This document shows, piece after piece, positions 51,201 through 62,014 of a DNA stretch of 64,000 bases. The stretch's first letter is position 1; every line of letters starts with the position of its first letter. The translations under genes were made by a program, and so were the position numbers. Origin of the DNA: Veleropilina oligotropha (lineage: Eukaryota); the NCBI GenBank assembly GCA_048128005.1, contig JBEUKZ010000010.1, positions 62,001 through 126,000 on the forward strand, written 5' to 3'. The notes under the pieces were generated by a model. It searched no databases and was not told where the DNA came from. It worked only from the letters and a program-made list of their open reading frames with translations.

Positions 51201-54200
51201 GTGATTTTTCGATCTTTTTCGAGCCCGATTTTAAAAATCTATAAGCTCATAAGATCAAATATAGTGTTGTAAACACGTTAGTGGAAAGACTGAGAGTCTC
51301 CTCCTGAATAAGACGCCTTCTTAGAAGTTTTCCTGTCTAAAAAAGAACAGAAAACGAAATCGACACCCTCCATTGACGACGCCATCTTGGACTTCTGACA
51401 ACAGAAAGAAAAGAGGACGCTCAGAGGGATTTTTAAAGAAGGAAGCTCCCTAGCAATTACTACGGAGTCAGGATAAGAGAGTTGATTATTGATATTGCTT
51501 GAATTTGCATTGCATTTCATTTATATATACGATAATTCCTCAACGACTTTTTTCTTGCTATAAATTTATGTAATAAAAATTTATCGTCGTTGAACAGCAG
51601 ATTATTTAGAATTTAACTAGCGTTATTTTGGTAAATCTGCTAAATCGGGGATTGCACGCCGAATTCTAACGAATTGATATATATACATCCAAGAGGTTTT
51701 TAGGTGTAAAAGGGCGGTTTCTGTATAAGAAAGACCTCCCGTTTCTCAATTTGTTGACCGACTGGTTTTTAGAAAGTAAAAATATAAAGTCGGTGTTTTT
51801 GGGCGCATAATCCGCCGTAAGTTTTAAGCGTATTTCAGCCTTTTCCAACTCTCGGATCAGGTACAATCGAGGTTGTAGTAGTAATTTGGTAAACTACCCA
51901 GGAAATATCCTTATCACTTAAAAACCCTATCTCCTACCTACCCGTGTAAGTAGCTATGCAGTATTGCAGTGTTTCCGGGTGCCGACAGAAAATCCGTGGT
52001 TTTGACATGCACTCCGAATGCATTATTCACCGTGTTTGTTCTAGCGATAAGAACCATCCATGTGAGCATTGTATAGCACTAACAAATCGGCAGTGGGAGA
52101 CTCTTTTCCCATCGAAGAAGACGACCAGGGTGTCTTCTTCCGATGGGACAGCCACCGAGAAGCTTAAAAGTTTAGAGACAGGCTTTGATCCTATACTTTC
52201 TGTTTCAGATACTCTCGGTAATAGCCGTGTTGGGACAGCGGTTATCGCGGGATCCACCGTCCGAACCTCTGAGACTATGGGAAAAGTCCCAGTAACTTCG
52301 TCGGGATCCATGGTTCAGGTACAGGCCCGGGTGCCGTCCGATTCCTCGCCTTTGGGCCTAGTAACCGTTGCTCATAGTATCTTGCCGGCCAGTAAGATAC
52401 GTCGAGCGCTGCGGCGAAAAGCTGAGCAGGGCAGACAAAACCTTTCCTCTCCTCCGGCCTCGGAGGAGCAAGGCAGCGTTAGTCCTTCTGTGAGTCAAGT
52501 AACCTCTGAAAAGAGGCGAAGGAGACTAGCAGAAAAAGTCGATACAGTTGCTGGATACCACGAAAGTGGAAGAAATTCCAGACGCTCGACGCAACCCGTC
52601 CTCTCGTCCGACAACGGCGCTAGCTTAAAGGCTAATCCCGCCACCGTCGGAGCCCACGAGAGTGATGGAAGGCCAACCTCCTCTGACGATTCTTATCAAG
52701 ACGTCCCGGGTGGTGTGGTAGGACCGGCTGCGTTCGGGGCTGAGGCTTACGGCGGATTTTCCCCCGTGTCTCACCGGAACAGGGTTACAGACCCGTATAG
52801 ACTGTGGTCGCAGTCTTACGGGTCGTTCGCACCGTTTAACGCGCCTTCGGGCCGTTTCCCTGGCTGCGGTTTCCCGACAGGTAACCCGAGTCCCTGGTAC
52901 TCGGCTCCACGTGTCCGTGCAGCCCGTCCACCATGCGCTACGGTAACCTCGAGCGGACCAATGGCTGTTGGTCCGACGTCCGTCATGCCTACGGGTTTCT
53001 CTCTTGAGAACGTCCAGGCTATGATTGCGACGGAAATCGAGGCACGTTGTAGGTCCTGGCAACCGGCTACCCTGCCGCCCCAGGTCCCAACGTCTCTGAC
53101 CGTAACGCCGGGCTCGGCTCATGTTTCGGTGATGGACGTAGATTCTCGTACCAACGAGAACACCACTCCTACTCCTCACTCTGACCTCCCTGAATCGGTC
53201 GGACCAGACGGCTCTCGTAGTCGTTCTGGCACACATGAAGCCGTCTCCGCCACCCGCCGAAGGTACGACGCTGTTGCGTCGCTTCGCGGGGTGCTTGACT
53301 TGCTCGACCCGGCCTTGCCGGTAAGCGGAGTCACGCACAGGACAACGGCACGTCGGTTTGATGGGCCGGAAGCCCCCCTGCTTCCTACCCTACCCCAGTC
53401 TGGGTTGGTCTCGCTCGTCCTCGACTCGACGACTAAATCCATTCAGGGGTCCAAATCGGTGGAGACTTCCACTTTAACGGAGTACCCTAGTGGTCTCCGT
53501 AAGGGAAGGTACCTCCGGCCCAGTAAGCGTCCGATTCCGATCGGGTGCTCTGGGACGTGTCTGGCGACCGAGCCGGTTCAGATCGATGCAGCAATGCGTC
53601 GCCTGTCGGCCAGTACGGCTCCCTCGGTAGTCAAAGTCCCATGGGTCGCCATGGAGGGCTTTGAGAGCTCCGCCCGTCGAGCTCTACGGCATTCCTCCAT
53701 CCAGGATTCCTTCCTGGACGGAGCTATTACCGTGCTACAACAGGATGGACCCCGCGCTCGAGAGATCGCACTGTCCTTCCTCGAAGAGGTTGCCGCCGCC
53801 ACGGAGAACTACGCGTCGGAATCAGCCCGATCCTTAGGTAACGCGGTCCTACTCCGTAGAGACGCTTGCCTAGACGGCACCACGTTAGACGACGCCACCC
53901 GGCAGTCTCTACGTTGCGTGCCGCTGTCGGCCCCTACTCTCTTCGGAGACAAATTCGCCGAATTTGTCGAGAACAGAGCGACCGACCTCAAGGATCGCGC
54001 TGTTGAGAAGGCAGTCTTGGATACTCCTCGTAGTACGTCGGCTGCCACCTCAAGGAAGCGCTCGGGACCGTCCCGGTCCCATAAGCCTTCCAAGCGTGCC
54101 AAACCTTCGCATAGTGGGCCTTCCCAGGCCAATAAATCTACTGCGAAAACGGCACCTCCGACCAAATCCCGTCAGAGCGGGAGAGGGAAGCCGCGGTCTA

Positions 54201-57200
54201 GGGTTGGTTCGACATCCAACCCTCGTCGCGACACCACCACCAGGACGCGCTCGTCTCTTATTAAGAGAAAAACAAGCCGTCCTAGACCAGGCAGTGCGGG
54301 ACTTACTCTCAAACAGAGCGATTTATCCCGCGCCGCCCAGCACACCAGGATATTACAGCCACTTTTTCCTGGTCCCGAATCCCGATGGCCGTTGGCGACC
54401 GATCCTCGATCTGTCGTGCCTCAACCAGTGTCTTCGTACCGAGATGTTCAAGCAAGAAACACTCTCGAAGATACGAACGGCCATCCGTCCGGGCGACTGG
54501 GCAGCGTCTATCGACTTGACCGATGCGTACCTACACGTTCCGATGCACGTCTCGGCTCACCGGTACCTACGGTTTGTCCACGGGGGAACGGTCTACCACT
54601 TCAGGTGTCTACCGTTCGGTCTATCGTCAGCCCCGTACGTCTTCACGCGGGTAGTACAGGCTCTCGGGGCCTTCCTACACTCGCAAGGGCACAGAGTACA
54701 CATATACCTCAACGACTGGTTGATTCTCGGGGCGTCCCGGGATCAGTGCCTCCAGTCTATGAGCGTTACCCTGTCATCGGCGAAGCGCCTAGGATTACAG
54801 ATCAACAACAAATCCTGCTTCGTGCCCCCGACGACGTTTACATTTCTAGGGGTCGAATTCGACACGGTCCGGTACACCGCGAAACCGACTCAGAAACGTA
54901 TATAGAACCTATGCGCAGTTATACTGTAAACGTCACAGATAACGACAGCGCAACGACTGACCACTGTCCTAAGGCACATCGAGTCGGTAGCTCCCCTGTT
55001 ACCGACGGGTCGCACATAAAAACGACCGTTGCAGCAGGCCTTCAAGGACCGCTGGATACAACGTACGGGACAGTGGACGGATCGCATCGATCTACGGCAT
55101 TGGTTTACTCGCACGACAGCAGTGTGGCTGAACACTACCCTGCCGAGACAGTCGGTTCCAATATCCCCCCCAGAACCGAACGCCTACCTCTACACGGACG
55201 CGTCAAACGAGGGCTGGGGAGGTCACCTCGACAGTCACGTGACATCGGGCCTTTGGCCGACGGACCTGCAGGGACGACACATAAACTTCCTAAAGTTCGA
55301 AGCCGTCTACCTGTCAGTACGGTCCCTCTCGTCACATCTCCGCACCAAGCACATCATGCTAGCAACGGACAATACGACTGTCGTCGCTTACATTCAGCAC
55401 CAGGGCGGCACTCGCTCCCGTCCACTTTGCGACCGAGCGCTCGACCTACACCGCCTAGTGATGTCACTCAACTCGACGATTCGAGCCCGACACATCCCGG
55501 GACCGCTGAACGTCAGAGCGGATACGCTCTCTCGGAAAACACAGACTCTACACACAGAGTGGACGCTACACGCCCGTGTAGCCCGAGATGTCTGTCGCAT
55601 GTGGTCGACGCCTCAAGTCGGTCTATTCGCAACCGAATTCAATCACCGACTCCCTCTCTATGTGTCTCCTTACCCGGACCCGGCCGCTATGGCCGTCGAC
55701 GCTCTGTCAATGAGATGGGAGAATCTGATCGCCTACGCCTTCCCACCGTCGTGCATGTTGGCACAAGTACTACGGAAAGCGACCCGCGAAGACTGCGAGT
55801 TGACGCTAATAGCACCTCTACAACGCACGCAGTCCTGGTTTCCGACACTTCTGGATCTACTCATCGATCAGTCACGAGCGCTACCGCAGATGACAGACCT
55901 GTTATCGCAATCGCGCAATCGGGGCCTACACCCGTCGGCGAACGAGTTTCACTTTCACGCCTGGCGACTATCGAGAGATCGCTCATGAAGAAAGGCTTTT
56001 CTAGAGCGACAGCCCAGCGCATTTACCGATCTAGAAGGCAGTCTACAACTAAGGTATACGACTACCGATGGAAGAAATTTGTGGATTGGTGTCGCGGGCG
56101 GCACGTCAATATTTTTCGCCCCCCCTGTGACCAAATTTATCGAGTTCTTATCGTCGTTGCTAGAACGGGGAATGTCAATTTCCGCAGTCAAAGGCTACCG
56201 TTCATGCGTAGCTACAACGTTACGGCAATGCCGCGAGCACACCCGCTTGTCTACCGACAAAACTATATCGGACTTCATACGCTCCTATCAACTCGAACGG
56301 CCCATTCAGCGAGTGCGACCGCCCGCTTGGAATGTTTTGTTAGTTCTCAATGCTTTACTTAGAGGCCCGTACGAGCCTATGAGTGAGTGTTCCCTCAAAA
56401 ATCTCACTTATAAGACCGTATTTCTTACCGCCCTCGCCACTGGTAACCGGGCCTCGGAGATACACGCGTTATCCGGAGAGCTTCGAGACATACACTTCCA
56501 CACCGATGGGTCGGTGACGCTGCGTACTGTCCTTGGCTTCCTAGCGAAGACACAACGACCTGATGATATCAGTCCCGAGGTTTGTATTCGTAACCTCTCC
56601 ATGCTGGATAGAAATGATATCGACCGCCTCAACTGCCCGGTCCGCGCGTTGAGATTCTACCTGGATAAGACCCGAGACCTACGGCACGGTAAAAAGCGTT
56701 TATTCGTTAGCCATATGCCTCAATTCCACCGCGACATTCGCAAATCGACTGTTTCACGTTGGATTGTCTCTGTTGTTAAGGAGATTTACTCCCGGTCACA
56801 TGAGCCAGAACGAGATCTCGTTTCAATTCACGCGCACGAGACACGTGCAGTAGCCACTTCGTTAGCCTTCAAATATAATTTGAATATCAATGAAATCTTG
56901 AAGGCTTGTTACTGGAAGAACGCAAATACCTTTGTTCGCTTTTACCTGCATGATTATGCGACCACGGCTGAGGGTGAACATCGGATTTCCTTTGTGGCGG
57001 CAGGACAACAATGTATCACGGGATCTGGGTCATCCCGACAGTGATTGGTTTTAGGAATTTACCAGACACTGAGGTAATATAATGTAATTCTATTTGTGTA
57101 CATTGAATTCACCATTAGAATTTACTCCAATGTATTTCTTTCTTAAACTGATTAAGAAATTGAAATTATTATTCATACTGAGTTAATATGAAGCAATGCC

Positions 57201-58628
57201 CACATTGGATGTAGACATTTATATTATTAAATCTTAATAATGCTTTTTGGTAAATAATATTATTTTAAAATGTTCTACTGCTGTCTCAGAACATTTCAAT
57301 GTGCGTACATTGAAAAATTTTATTATTATTCTCTACTAAAAATTATTTAAGTAACATGTATCATGTTGACATTTTGCAAGTTGGACATGCAAAAGTTTAT
57401 TATTCAAGATGAAGTTATTGAAATTTTCTTCAATCTATTGATAATTGTCACGGTTTTATAACACTATCTACCTGCCTAGGTTCGGGTGCTTCTAAAAACC
57501 ACGTCTTGCAGTTTTCTGTCTGCCGACCTTTGAGTCCGGAATATTCAGATCACTGTCTTTGCTCATGACACGAGTGCCTCAAGGTATACCTTCCGCCGGT
57601 GTCCGGAGCTACATGCACTTTCGTGTTACCTGTCCGACTAACATCCCTGGCGTGTTTTCCCAGATTTCTTGGTCGAAATCTCACCTCAGGGTAAGGGTAG
57701 ATTTGATGCTCAGTAAAATCCACTCTGAACGGACTCGATCTCAACGCTTAAGCGTCGTCCTCTGGTAACAAGTAAGTTTTAATTTTGGTGTATGGAACTT
57801 ATAACTCCGCCAACCAAAGTTATTCTTGGCATTAGTAAGGACGTAAGTATATTTGATATAGATATGAGGATTAAGAGTAATCCCTTGTATCTATAATAAT
57901 ATACTTACGTCCTTACCCACTTGGCCCACCCTGCTTCGCACCTCCCCTCTTATATAAGTTCTTTGTCTTGGGGTTTGCATAAACTTCGGATGAGGTCTTG
58001 ACCCTTGGTCAAGAAGATCTCGCGGGAGTTGGCGAGCTCTTACTGGACATGAACTGGAGGAGGTCGAGCAGGTCAGGGGGTCAGCTGGGTTCAATTTACT
58101 AAAAGAAGTGCAAATTACCATTTCCACCTTGTCCGGATTTAGCGATAATAGGCTTATTATGGCATTAGTAAGGACGTAAGTATATTATTATAGATACAAG
58201 GGATTACTCTTAATCCTCATAATTACTTAAATTTTTGTAATGTGTTTTTTATTTCGTAGATGCGCAATTTACAATATTGTCAATTCTCTCTCTCTGTCAG
58301 CTCTGACTTCTCCTAGTTGGCTATCAAAAGAGAAGTCACTTCTCCCTGTCAATTTCACCAAGCTTGACCCGTAATATTAAGCATTTGATTTGTTTATTTG
58401 CTGACATTGTCCTCGTACATGTGCATTGTTAATTGTGTTTGTACAGAATTAAAATATATTTTGTTGACATAGAAATCACATGTGCATATTATTTCTCTTT
58501 TTCTCGTTCCAGCGTCAACTGCATTTTTGTCCGAGAGTCAGCCGTCTAACAGAAAAGTGTTAGCGATGTATCCAATATTCTTGTTTTATTTCGTCATTAG
58601 CTGGATTGTCATATCACACACACACTAG
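33269..58628 (+). CDS. YIPF6: Yip1-domain Golgi membrane protein YIPF6, about 213 aa; exons 33269-33292, 35078-35188, 37038-37116, 37498-37540, 39458-39568, 42102-42259, 58513-58628
   Basis: GT-AG exons total 642 nt in frame. Motifs STLDEPVRETL, KFFHVIYP, LLRDWDLWGPL, PQFAQIF, VTLNIKLLGGNISFFQSVCVLGYC, RKVLAMYPIFLFYFVISW. The 24-nt first exon is the least certain. Confidence 0.93.
33665..34233. mobile_element. 569-bp long-TIR MITE with an 8-bp TSD; longer relative of 14010-14172
   Basis: TIRs of about 165 bp starting CACAGGGGCCCGTAACG; TSD TCTGTCAA (33657-33664, 34234-34241). Confidence 0.92.
35623..36956 (+). mobile_element. Helentron-associated (HINE-type) element with internal tandem repeats
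   Basis: 5' hairpin GTATCCCCCG..CGGGGGATAC; about eight units of 130-185 bp with a CAAATTTGGTATGTGCATTGG..CCAAGATGGCCGCC core; 3' CCGGGAGATACA subterminal inverted repeat and GGTCAC/GTGACT hairpin. Confidence 0.75.
37553..38673 (+). mobile_element. HINE-type element with tandem repeats of about 122 bp
   Basis: 5' TGTGTCGCCT with matching 3' AGGCGACACA and hairpin TCCACTTCCGTGGA; about eight repeats containing GAAGGAATGCTTTGATTTTCATGAAAC. Confidence 0.75.
39639..41717. repeat. 37-bp minisatellite, about 56 copies, in YIPF6 intron 5
   Basis: Unit GTTG(CCAA/ACGA/GCGA/CCGA)ATCACATAGAATGTACTGGTTCCCATCAG; period checked at 39672 and 39709. Confidence 0.97.
43526..50755 (+). mobile_element. DIRS1-type tyrosine-recombinase retrotransposon, copy A (full length, ORFs heavily frameshifted)
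   Basis: ITRs 43538-43740 / 50520-50722, identical by eye. ICR 50367-50458 is complementary to both ends. Gag from 44484; RT (YLDD); RNase H (FTDAS, HINFLELEA); MT-like (YAFPP); YR remnants. Confidence 0.95.
51956..56362 (+). CDS. DIRS-B gag (N-terminal Cys/His finger) reading through the pol-overlapping frame into the YR N-terminus
   Basis: 1468-aa ORF: CSVSGC..DMHSECIIHRVC..PCEHC at the start; KGFSRATAQRI..STTKVYDYRWKKFVDWC near the end, the typical DIRS YR N-terminal domain. Confidence 0.75.
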   Translation: MQYCSVSGCRQKIRGFDMHSECIIHRVCSSDKNHPCEHCIALTNRQWETLFPSKKTTRVSSSDGTATEKLKSLETGFDPILSVSDTLGNSRVGTAVIAGSTVRTSETMGKVPVTSSGSMVQVQARVPSDSSPLGLVTVAHSILPASKIRRALRRKAEQGRQNLSSPPASEEQGSVSPSVSQVTSEKRRRRLAEKVDTVAGYHESGRNSRRSTQPVLSSDNGASLKANPATVGAHESDGRPTSSDDSYQDVPGGVVGPAAFGAEAYGGFSPVSHRNRVTDPYRLWSQSYGSFAPFNAPSGRFPGCGFPTGNPSPWYSAPRVRAARPPCATVTSSGPMAVGPTSVMPTGFSLENVQAMIATEIEARCRSWQPATLPPQVPTSLTVTPGSAHVSVMDVDSRTNENTTPTPHSDLPESVGPDGSRSRSGTHEAVSATRRRYDAVASLRGVLDLLDPALPVSGVTHRTTARRFDGPEAPLLPTLPQSGLVSLVLDSTTKSIQGSKSVETSTLTEYPSGLRKGRYLRPSKRPIPIGCSGTCLATEPVQIDAAMRRLSASTAPSVVKVPWVAMEGFESSARRALRHSSIQDSFLDGAITVLQQDGPRAREIALSFLEEVAAATENYASESARSLGNAVLLRRDACLDGTTLDDATRQSLRCVPLSAPTLFGDKFAEFVENRATDLKDRAVEKAVLDTPRSTSAATSRKRSGPSRSHKPSKRAKPSHSGPSQANKSTAKTAPPTKSRQSGRGKPRSRVGSTSNPRRDTTTRTRSSLIKRKTSRPRPGSAGLTLKQSDLSRAAQHTRILQPLFPGPESRWPLATDPRSVVPQPVSSYRDVQARNTLEDTNGHPSGRLGSVYRLDRCVPTRSDARLGSPVPTVCPRGNGLPLQVSTVRSIVSPVRLHAGSTGSRGLPTLARAQSTHIPQRLVDSRGVPGSVPPVYERYPVIGEAPRITDQQQILLRAPDDVYISRGRIRHGPVHRETDSETYIEPMRSYTVNVTDNDSATTDHCPKAHRVGSSPVTDGSHIKTTVAAGLQGPLDTTYGTVDGSHRSTALVYSHDSSVAEHYPAETVGSNIPPRTERLPLHGRVKRGLGRSPRQSRDIGPLADGPAGTTHKLPKVRSRLPVSTVPLVTSPHQAHHASNGQYDCRRLHSAPGRHSLPSTLRPSARPTPPSDVTQLDDSSPTHPGTAERQSGYALSENTDSTHRVDATRPCSPRCLSHVVDASSRSIRNRIQSPTPSLCVSLPGPGRYGRRRSVNEMGESDRLRLPTVVHVGTSTTESDPRRLRVDANSTSTTHAVLVSDTSGSTHRSVTSATADDRPVIAIAQSGPTPVGERVSLSRLATIERSLMKKGFSRATAQRIYRSRRQSTTKVYDYRWKKFVDWCRGRHVNIFRPPCDQIYRVLIVVARTGNVNFRSQRLPFMRSYNVTAMPRAHPLVYRQNYIGLHTLLSTRTAHSASATARLECFVSSQCFT
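53964..55988 (+). pseudogene. DIRS-B pol (RT-RNase H-MT-like), disabled
   Basis: WRPILDL, IDLTDAYLHVP, LPFGLSSAP, YTDAS, YAFPP present. In-frame stops at 54903, 54927 and 55017; YLND in place of YLDD. Confidence 0.88.
56079..57044 (+). CDS. DIRS-B tyrosine recombinase catalytic domain
   Basis: LALATGNRASEIHAL (R), FLAKTQ (K), CPVRAL, HETR (HxxR), CYWK (W), TFVRFYL (Y). Confidence 0.88.
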   Translation: MWIGVAGGTSIFFAPPVTKFIEFLSSLLERGMSISAVKGYRSCVATTLRQCREHTRLSTDKTISDFIRSYQLERPIQRVRPPAWNVLLVLNALLRGPYEPMSECSLKNLTYKTVFLTALATGNRASEIHALSGELRDIHFHTDGSVTLRTVLGFLAKTQRPDDISPEVCIRNLSMLDRNDIDRLNCPVRALRFYLDKTRDLRHGKKRLFVSHMPQFHRDIRKSTVSRWIVSVVKEIYSRSHEPERDLVSIHAHETRAVATSLAFKYNLNINEILKACYWKNANTFVRFYLHDYATTAEGEHRISFVAAGQQCITGSGSSRQ

Positions 58629-59149
58629 TAGTGCAGGTCATCGCTATGGGAACAAAGATCGTCTGCTGTTGAATTCAGTGATGTCGGTTAATATGTAGCA
58701 AACGTCTTAAATTATTTCGATGTGGATTTTTTATGGTCAAATATGCTCGCATGCGTCCTATATAATTTTGACTTACTCTCAAATGTATGCATAAAATGTT
58801 TGCTTTGTATTATTTGAATGTGTTCTTTAAAGCTCATTTCAACATTGCATTATATGTGTTAAAAATTATATTTATATTCTTGACCAGCTGACAGTTGTAT
58901 GGTTGGATTGGAGTTTATGGTCAATTGTACATCATTGGTCATTTAATGGGTATACATACCTGTTTTGTTATGTGAGGAAGATTTGTGACATCATTTTATA
59001 ATCAAATGACTGCATTCGTTTAATGATTGTGCTTGTTTAGAAACTTGTAAGCTGTTTCGACTGTACATCTATCTATCTATCTAGTCACGGTTCATGGTGG
59101 GTTTTCGCTCACGGATGTAGATGTGATATGCATGCACAATTGTATGATC

Positions 59150-59420
59150 TTCCGCCCCAGTAGTCGTATGGTTTCGAGTGCTGACTCTGAAATCACTGGC
59201 TCGATTGCCTAACTAACAGGATTGGGTTCGAATGTCGACTGGAGCATTAACATTCTTTGTTCAGTTATCAATCACAGTTGTCCGTAACTGGCCAGAGGGC
59301 GGGGTTTCCATGGGTAACACTGACCGGGCTTTCCTCCCACGGTAAGATGAACATGTCTTGCCTTGAACCTGATGGTAATAACTATATGGGACATTAAGCA
59401 TCACTCCATCCATCCATCCC
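59150..59420 (+). mobile_element. Diverged family-A SINE
   Basis: Shares AAATCACTGGCT, CACAGTTGTCCGT, GCCTTGAACCT and GGACATTAAGCAT with 60202-60460; (CCAT)n tail. Confidence 0.7.
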
Positions 59421-59610
59421 GTGATAAGGCGGTTATACTGGTCATGTTTGACTAGTATCAGATGAAGTAACAGTATTTAATTGTGTAGTTTGTAGTTCAA
59501 TGATAACAATATCACTGAGCTCATGTACTCCCGTTGGCCTACTGCTTCTAACATTTGTTATATAGAAATGTTCCAAATTATATACAGGAAGATGTTTTCA
59601 TGCACCAGTA

Positions 59611-61168
59611 TTTTTGGCTCGCATGCAACGCAAATGCGAGTCTATGTAATGAGCGTGTCGTCTGGCCGTTCGGCTGACCGGCGTCAACAATTGGTTCTCG
59701 TGTTAAAGTTTCTCAATCATGCTATATAAGCAACAGTATGCATGTTTTATCATTTCTATATGCTAGATATCACTATTTCATCATTACCTCACACTAAAAA
59801 AATAATAATAAAGGTAATTTCCTTCGAATTTCACCATAAAATGTTGCTTTTGGACTTTATAAAGTTAAAGTTTTTAGTTAAAGATTCTATCATGCTATAT
59901 AAGCAACAATATGCATGTTTTAGCATTATTATATGTTGGATATCACTTAATTTCATTGTTTTCTGACCACAAATAAATAATATTGAAGATAATTATGCTC
60001 CAACAAACGAAGTCCAGGGGGGGGGGGGGGGGGGGGCATATAGGAGTCTGCTTGTCTGTCTATTGCAAATTCCCTTCCACTCCATATCTCCGATAATATT
60101 TCATTTAGGGACACGAAACTTGATGTGTGGATGCGTCATAACCCAAATGTGTGTCGCGTACCGAAAGTAGGTCACCATGACCTACTTTTCACGCTTGGTC
60201 CGGGCCGCTTCGGTAGCGCAGTGGGTAGAGTGTCCACTCTAAATTCACTGGCTTGTTTCCGCTGACGCGAACAGTAGTGGGATCGACCCCCGGCTGAGGC
60301 AGCACACATTTGTTCAAGTTATGAAGCACAGTTGTCCGTGACTGGCCGAAGAGGGCGGGTTTACCCGGCGACCGGGGTTTGCTCCCGCGATAACACGGAC
60401 ATGTCCTGCCTTGAACCTCGATGTTATAAATATACAGGACATTAAGCATAATTCCTCCTCCACGCTTGGTCCAAAATTCCCTTCCGCTTCATATCTCCCA
60501 TAATATTTGACAGAGGGACACAAAACTTGATGTGTGCATGCATTTAGCCCAAAGGTGTGTCACGTAGCAAAAGAAGGTCACCGCGACCTACTTTTCATGC
60601 TTGATTGCATTTGGTCCAAAATGCCTTTCCACTCCATATCTCCCATACTATTTGACCTAGGGACATGAAACTTGATGTGTGGCTGCATCATAACCCATAG
60701 GTGTCGCATACCAAAAGTAGGTCACTGTGACCTACTTGACCGCATTCAGTCTAAAATAATGATGATGTAGTGCTTTGAGCAAGCATTCGTGCATGGAAAG
60801 GCGCAATATAAAAAGTCCCATTATTATTATTATTATTAAAATGTCATGTCTAGTCTAATTCAAATTTTACCATAAAATGCTTCTTTTGGACTTAGAAATA
60901 TTTGTTAAAGTTCCTCAGGCATGTTATATATGCGACAATAGGCATACTTTGTCAGATATCTCTATTTCATTGTCATCTAACCCTAGAGTAGAAATATTGA
61001 AAGCAATTTAATTGAAAATTTGCATATAAATAGCCATTTTGAACTTTTTATATGTCTAATTCAATTGACAATGTCATCTACTATTGAATGTAGACACAAT
61101 ACTCATAAAATATGTGATTGATGCGCAGTTCCACGCATGCGAGCCATTTCGAGCTTTTGCTCGTTTTT
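59611..61168 (+). mobile_element. HINE-type element containing a second HINE-like element (about 59993-60745) and a SINE
   Basis: 5' TGGCTCGCATGC with matching 3' GCATGCGAGCCA and hairpin CGAGCTTTTGCTCG; inner repeats ACTTGATGTGTG..GGTCAC..GACCTAC. Confidence 0.65.
60202..60460 (+). mobile_element. tRNA-derived SINE (family A), full length
   Basis: 5' GGGCCGCTTCGGTAGCGCAGTGG; B-box-like GGGATCGACCC; (CCT)n tail; exact 12-bp TSD CACGCTTGGTCC (60190-60201, 60461-60472). Confidence 0.92.
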
Positions 61169-61446
61169 AAAACTGTAGAATAAGGGAAGCAACTCTTGGG
61201 ATCTTATCATGAGAAAAACACATTTCCTATTACATAAAATGACATTTTGATATTATAAGACATGGCTGATTATTTAAGATTCTAATCAAATTTTGTTTCT
61301 ATTTTAATTCCCGATTGTGAATTATCTGTATTCCAATCATAGAATTTAGAGCTTAGAGCTACACTAGAATAGGCGCATTATAAATGTATTAAATAATAAA
61401 TAATAATACATATATAATAGAATTATGTGTGAATTCAACTGAAATC

Positions 61447-61648
61447 GGAGCAGTGTGGCCGAGTGGATACGGTGCTGGTGTACTAAACGGGAGGTCACGT
61501 GTTCAAGCCCCTGGAGTGCCAGGGATTTTTCCAATGATCGCTGCCTCCATTGCACACAGCACCACTTCATCTCATCATTCTAAGGTGATTGACCCGATTT
61601 ATAACTGAAATATTGTTGGCGTGGTCGTTAAACATCAATTCATCATCA
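61447..61648 (+). mobile_element. tRNA-derived SINE (family B)
   Basis: A-box TGGCCGAGTGG, B-box GTTCAAGCC, 3' ACTGAAATATTGTTG..GTTAAAC, (CAT)n tail; TSD TCAACTGAAATC (61435-61446, 61649-61660). Confidence 0.82.
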
Positions 61649-62014
61649 TCAACTGAAATCATTTTCATGTGAATATGTAAATGGTCGAGTTCATTTGTTG
61701 AAGTTATGTTATTGTTTGTATATTTTGCTAATTATTTGTAAATATGGGCCTATTTTCTACATGTGAAATCTTTTTTCATGGTTATATGCAACATTTTATG
61801 TATGATGTTGCAATTTTCATTAAAAATTATTTGTAAATATGGGAATACACTTCATAAAATCAATGTCTTGTTATTAATTTTAAGCACCTGTAAATATTTG
61901 CATGCCTTTCATATGCATTGGTCATTGAATGTTACAATTCATCTTATTGGGAATGATAAAGAGAAACGTTAATTTTAAATCTAAAGCCATCATAACTTGC
62001 CGATACAAGCAAAT

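Larger units (their letters stand above)
50937..58221 (+). mobile_element. DIRS1-type retrotransposon, copy B (different terminal repeats from copy A)
   Basis: ITRs 50949-51154 / 57981-58186; ICR 57827-57916; gag, RT/RNase H/MT and YR present in overlapping frames. Confidence 0.96.

Noticed and set aside
51008..51244. Duplicated ORF MEMVICTSF.., also at 57891-58127
   Set aside because: Lies in the DIRS-B inverted terminal repeats.
42710..58371. hAT-like MITE enclosing both DIRS copies (CAGGGGTCACGCT.. / ..AGCTTGACCCG)
   Set aside because: The inverted match is short and imperfect and no TSD is visible.
60202..60300. tRNA gene
   Set aside because: A and B boxes are present, but it continues into a SINE body with a tail and TSD and gives no proper cloverleaf.
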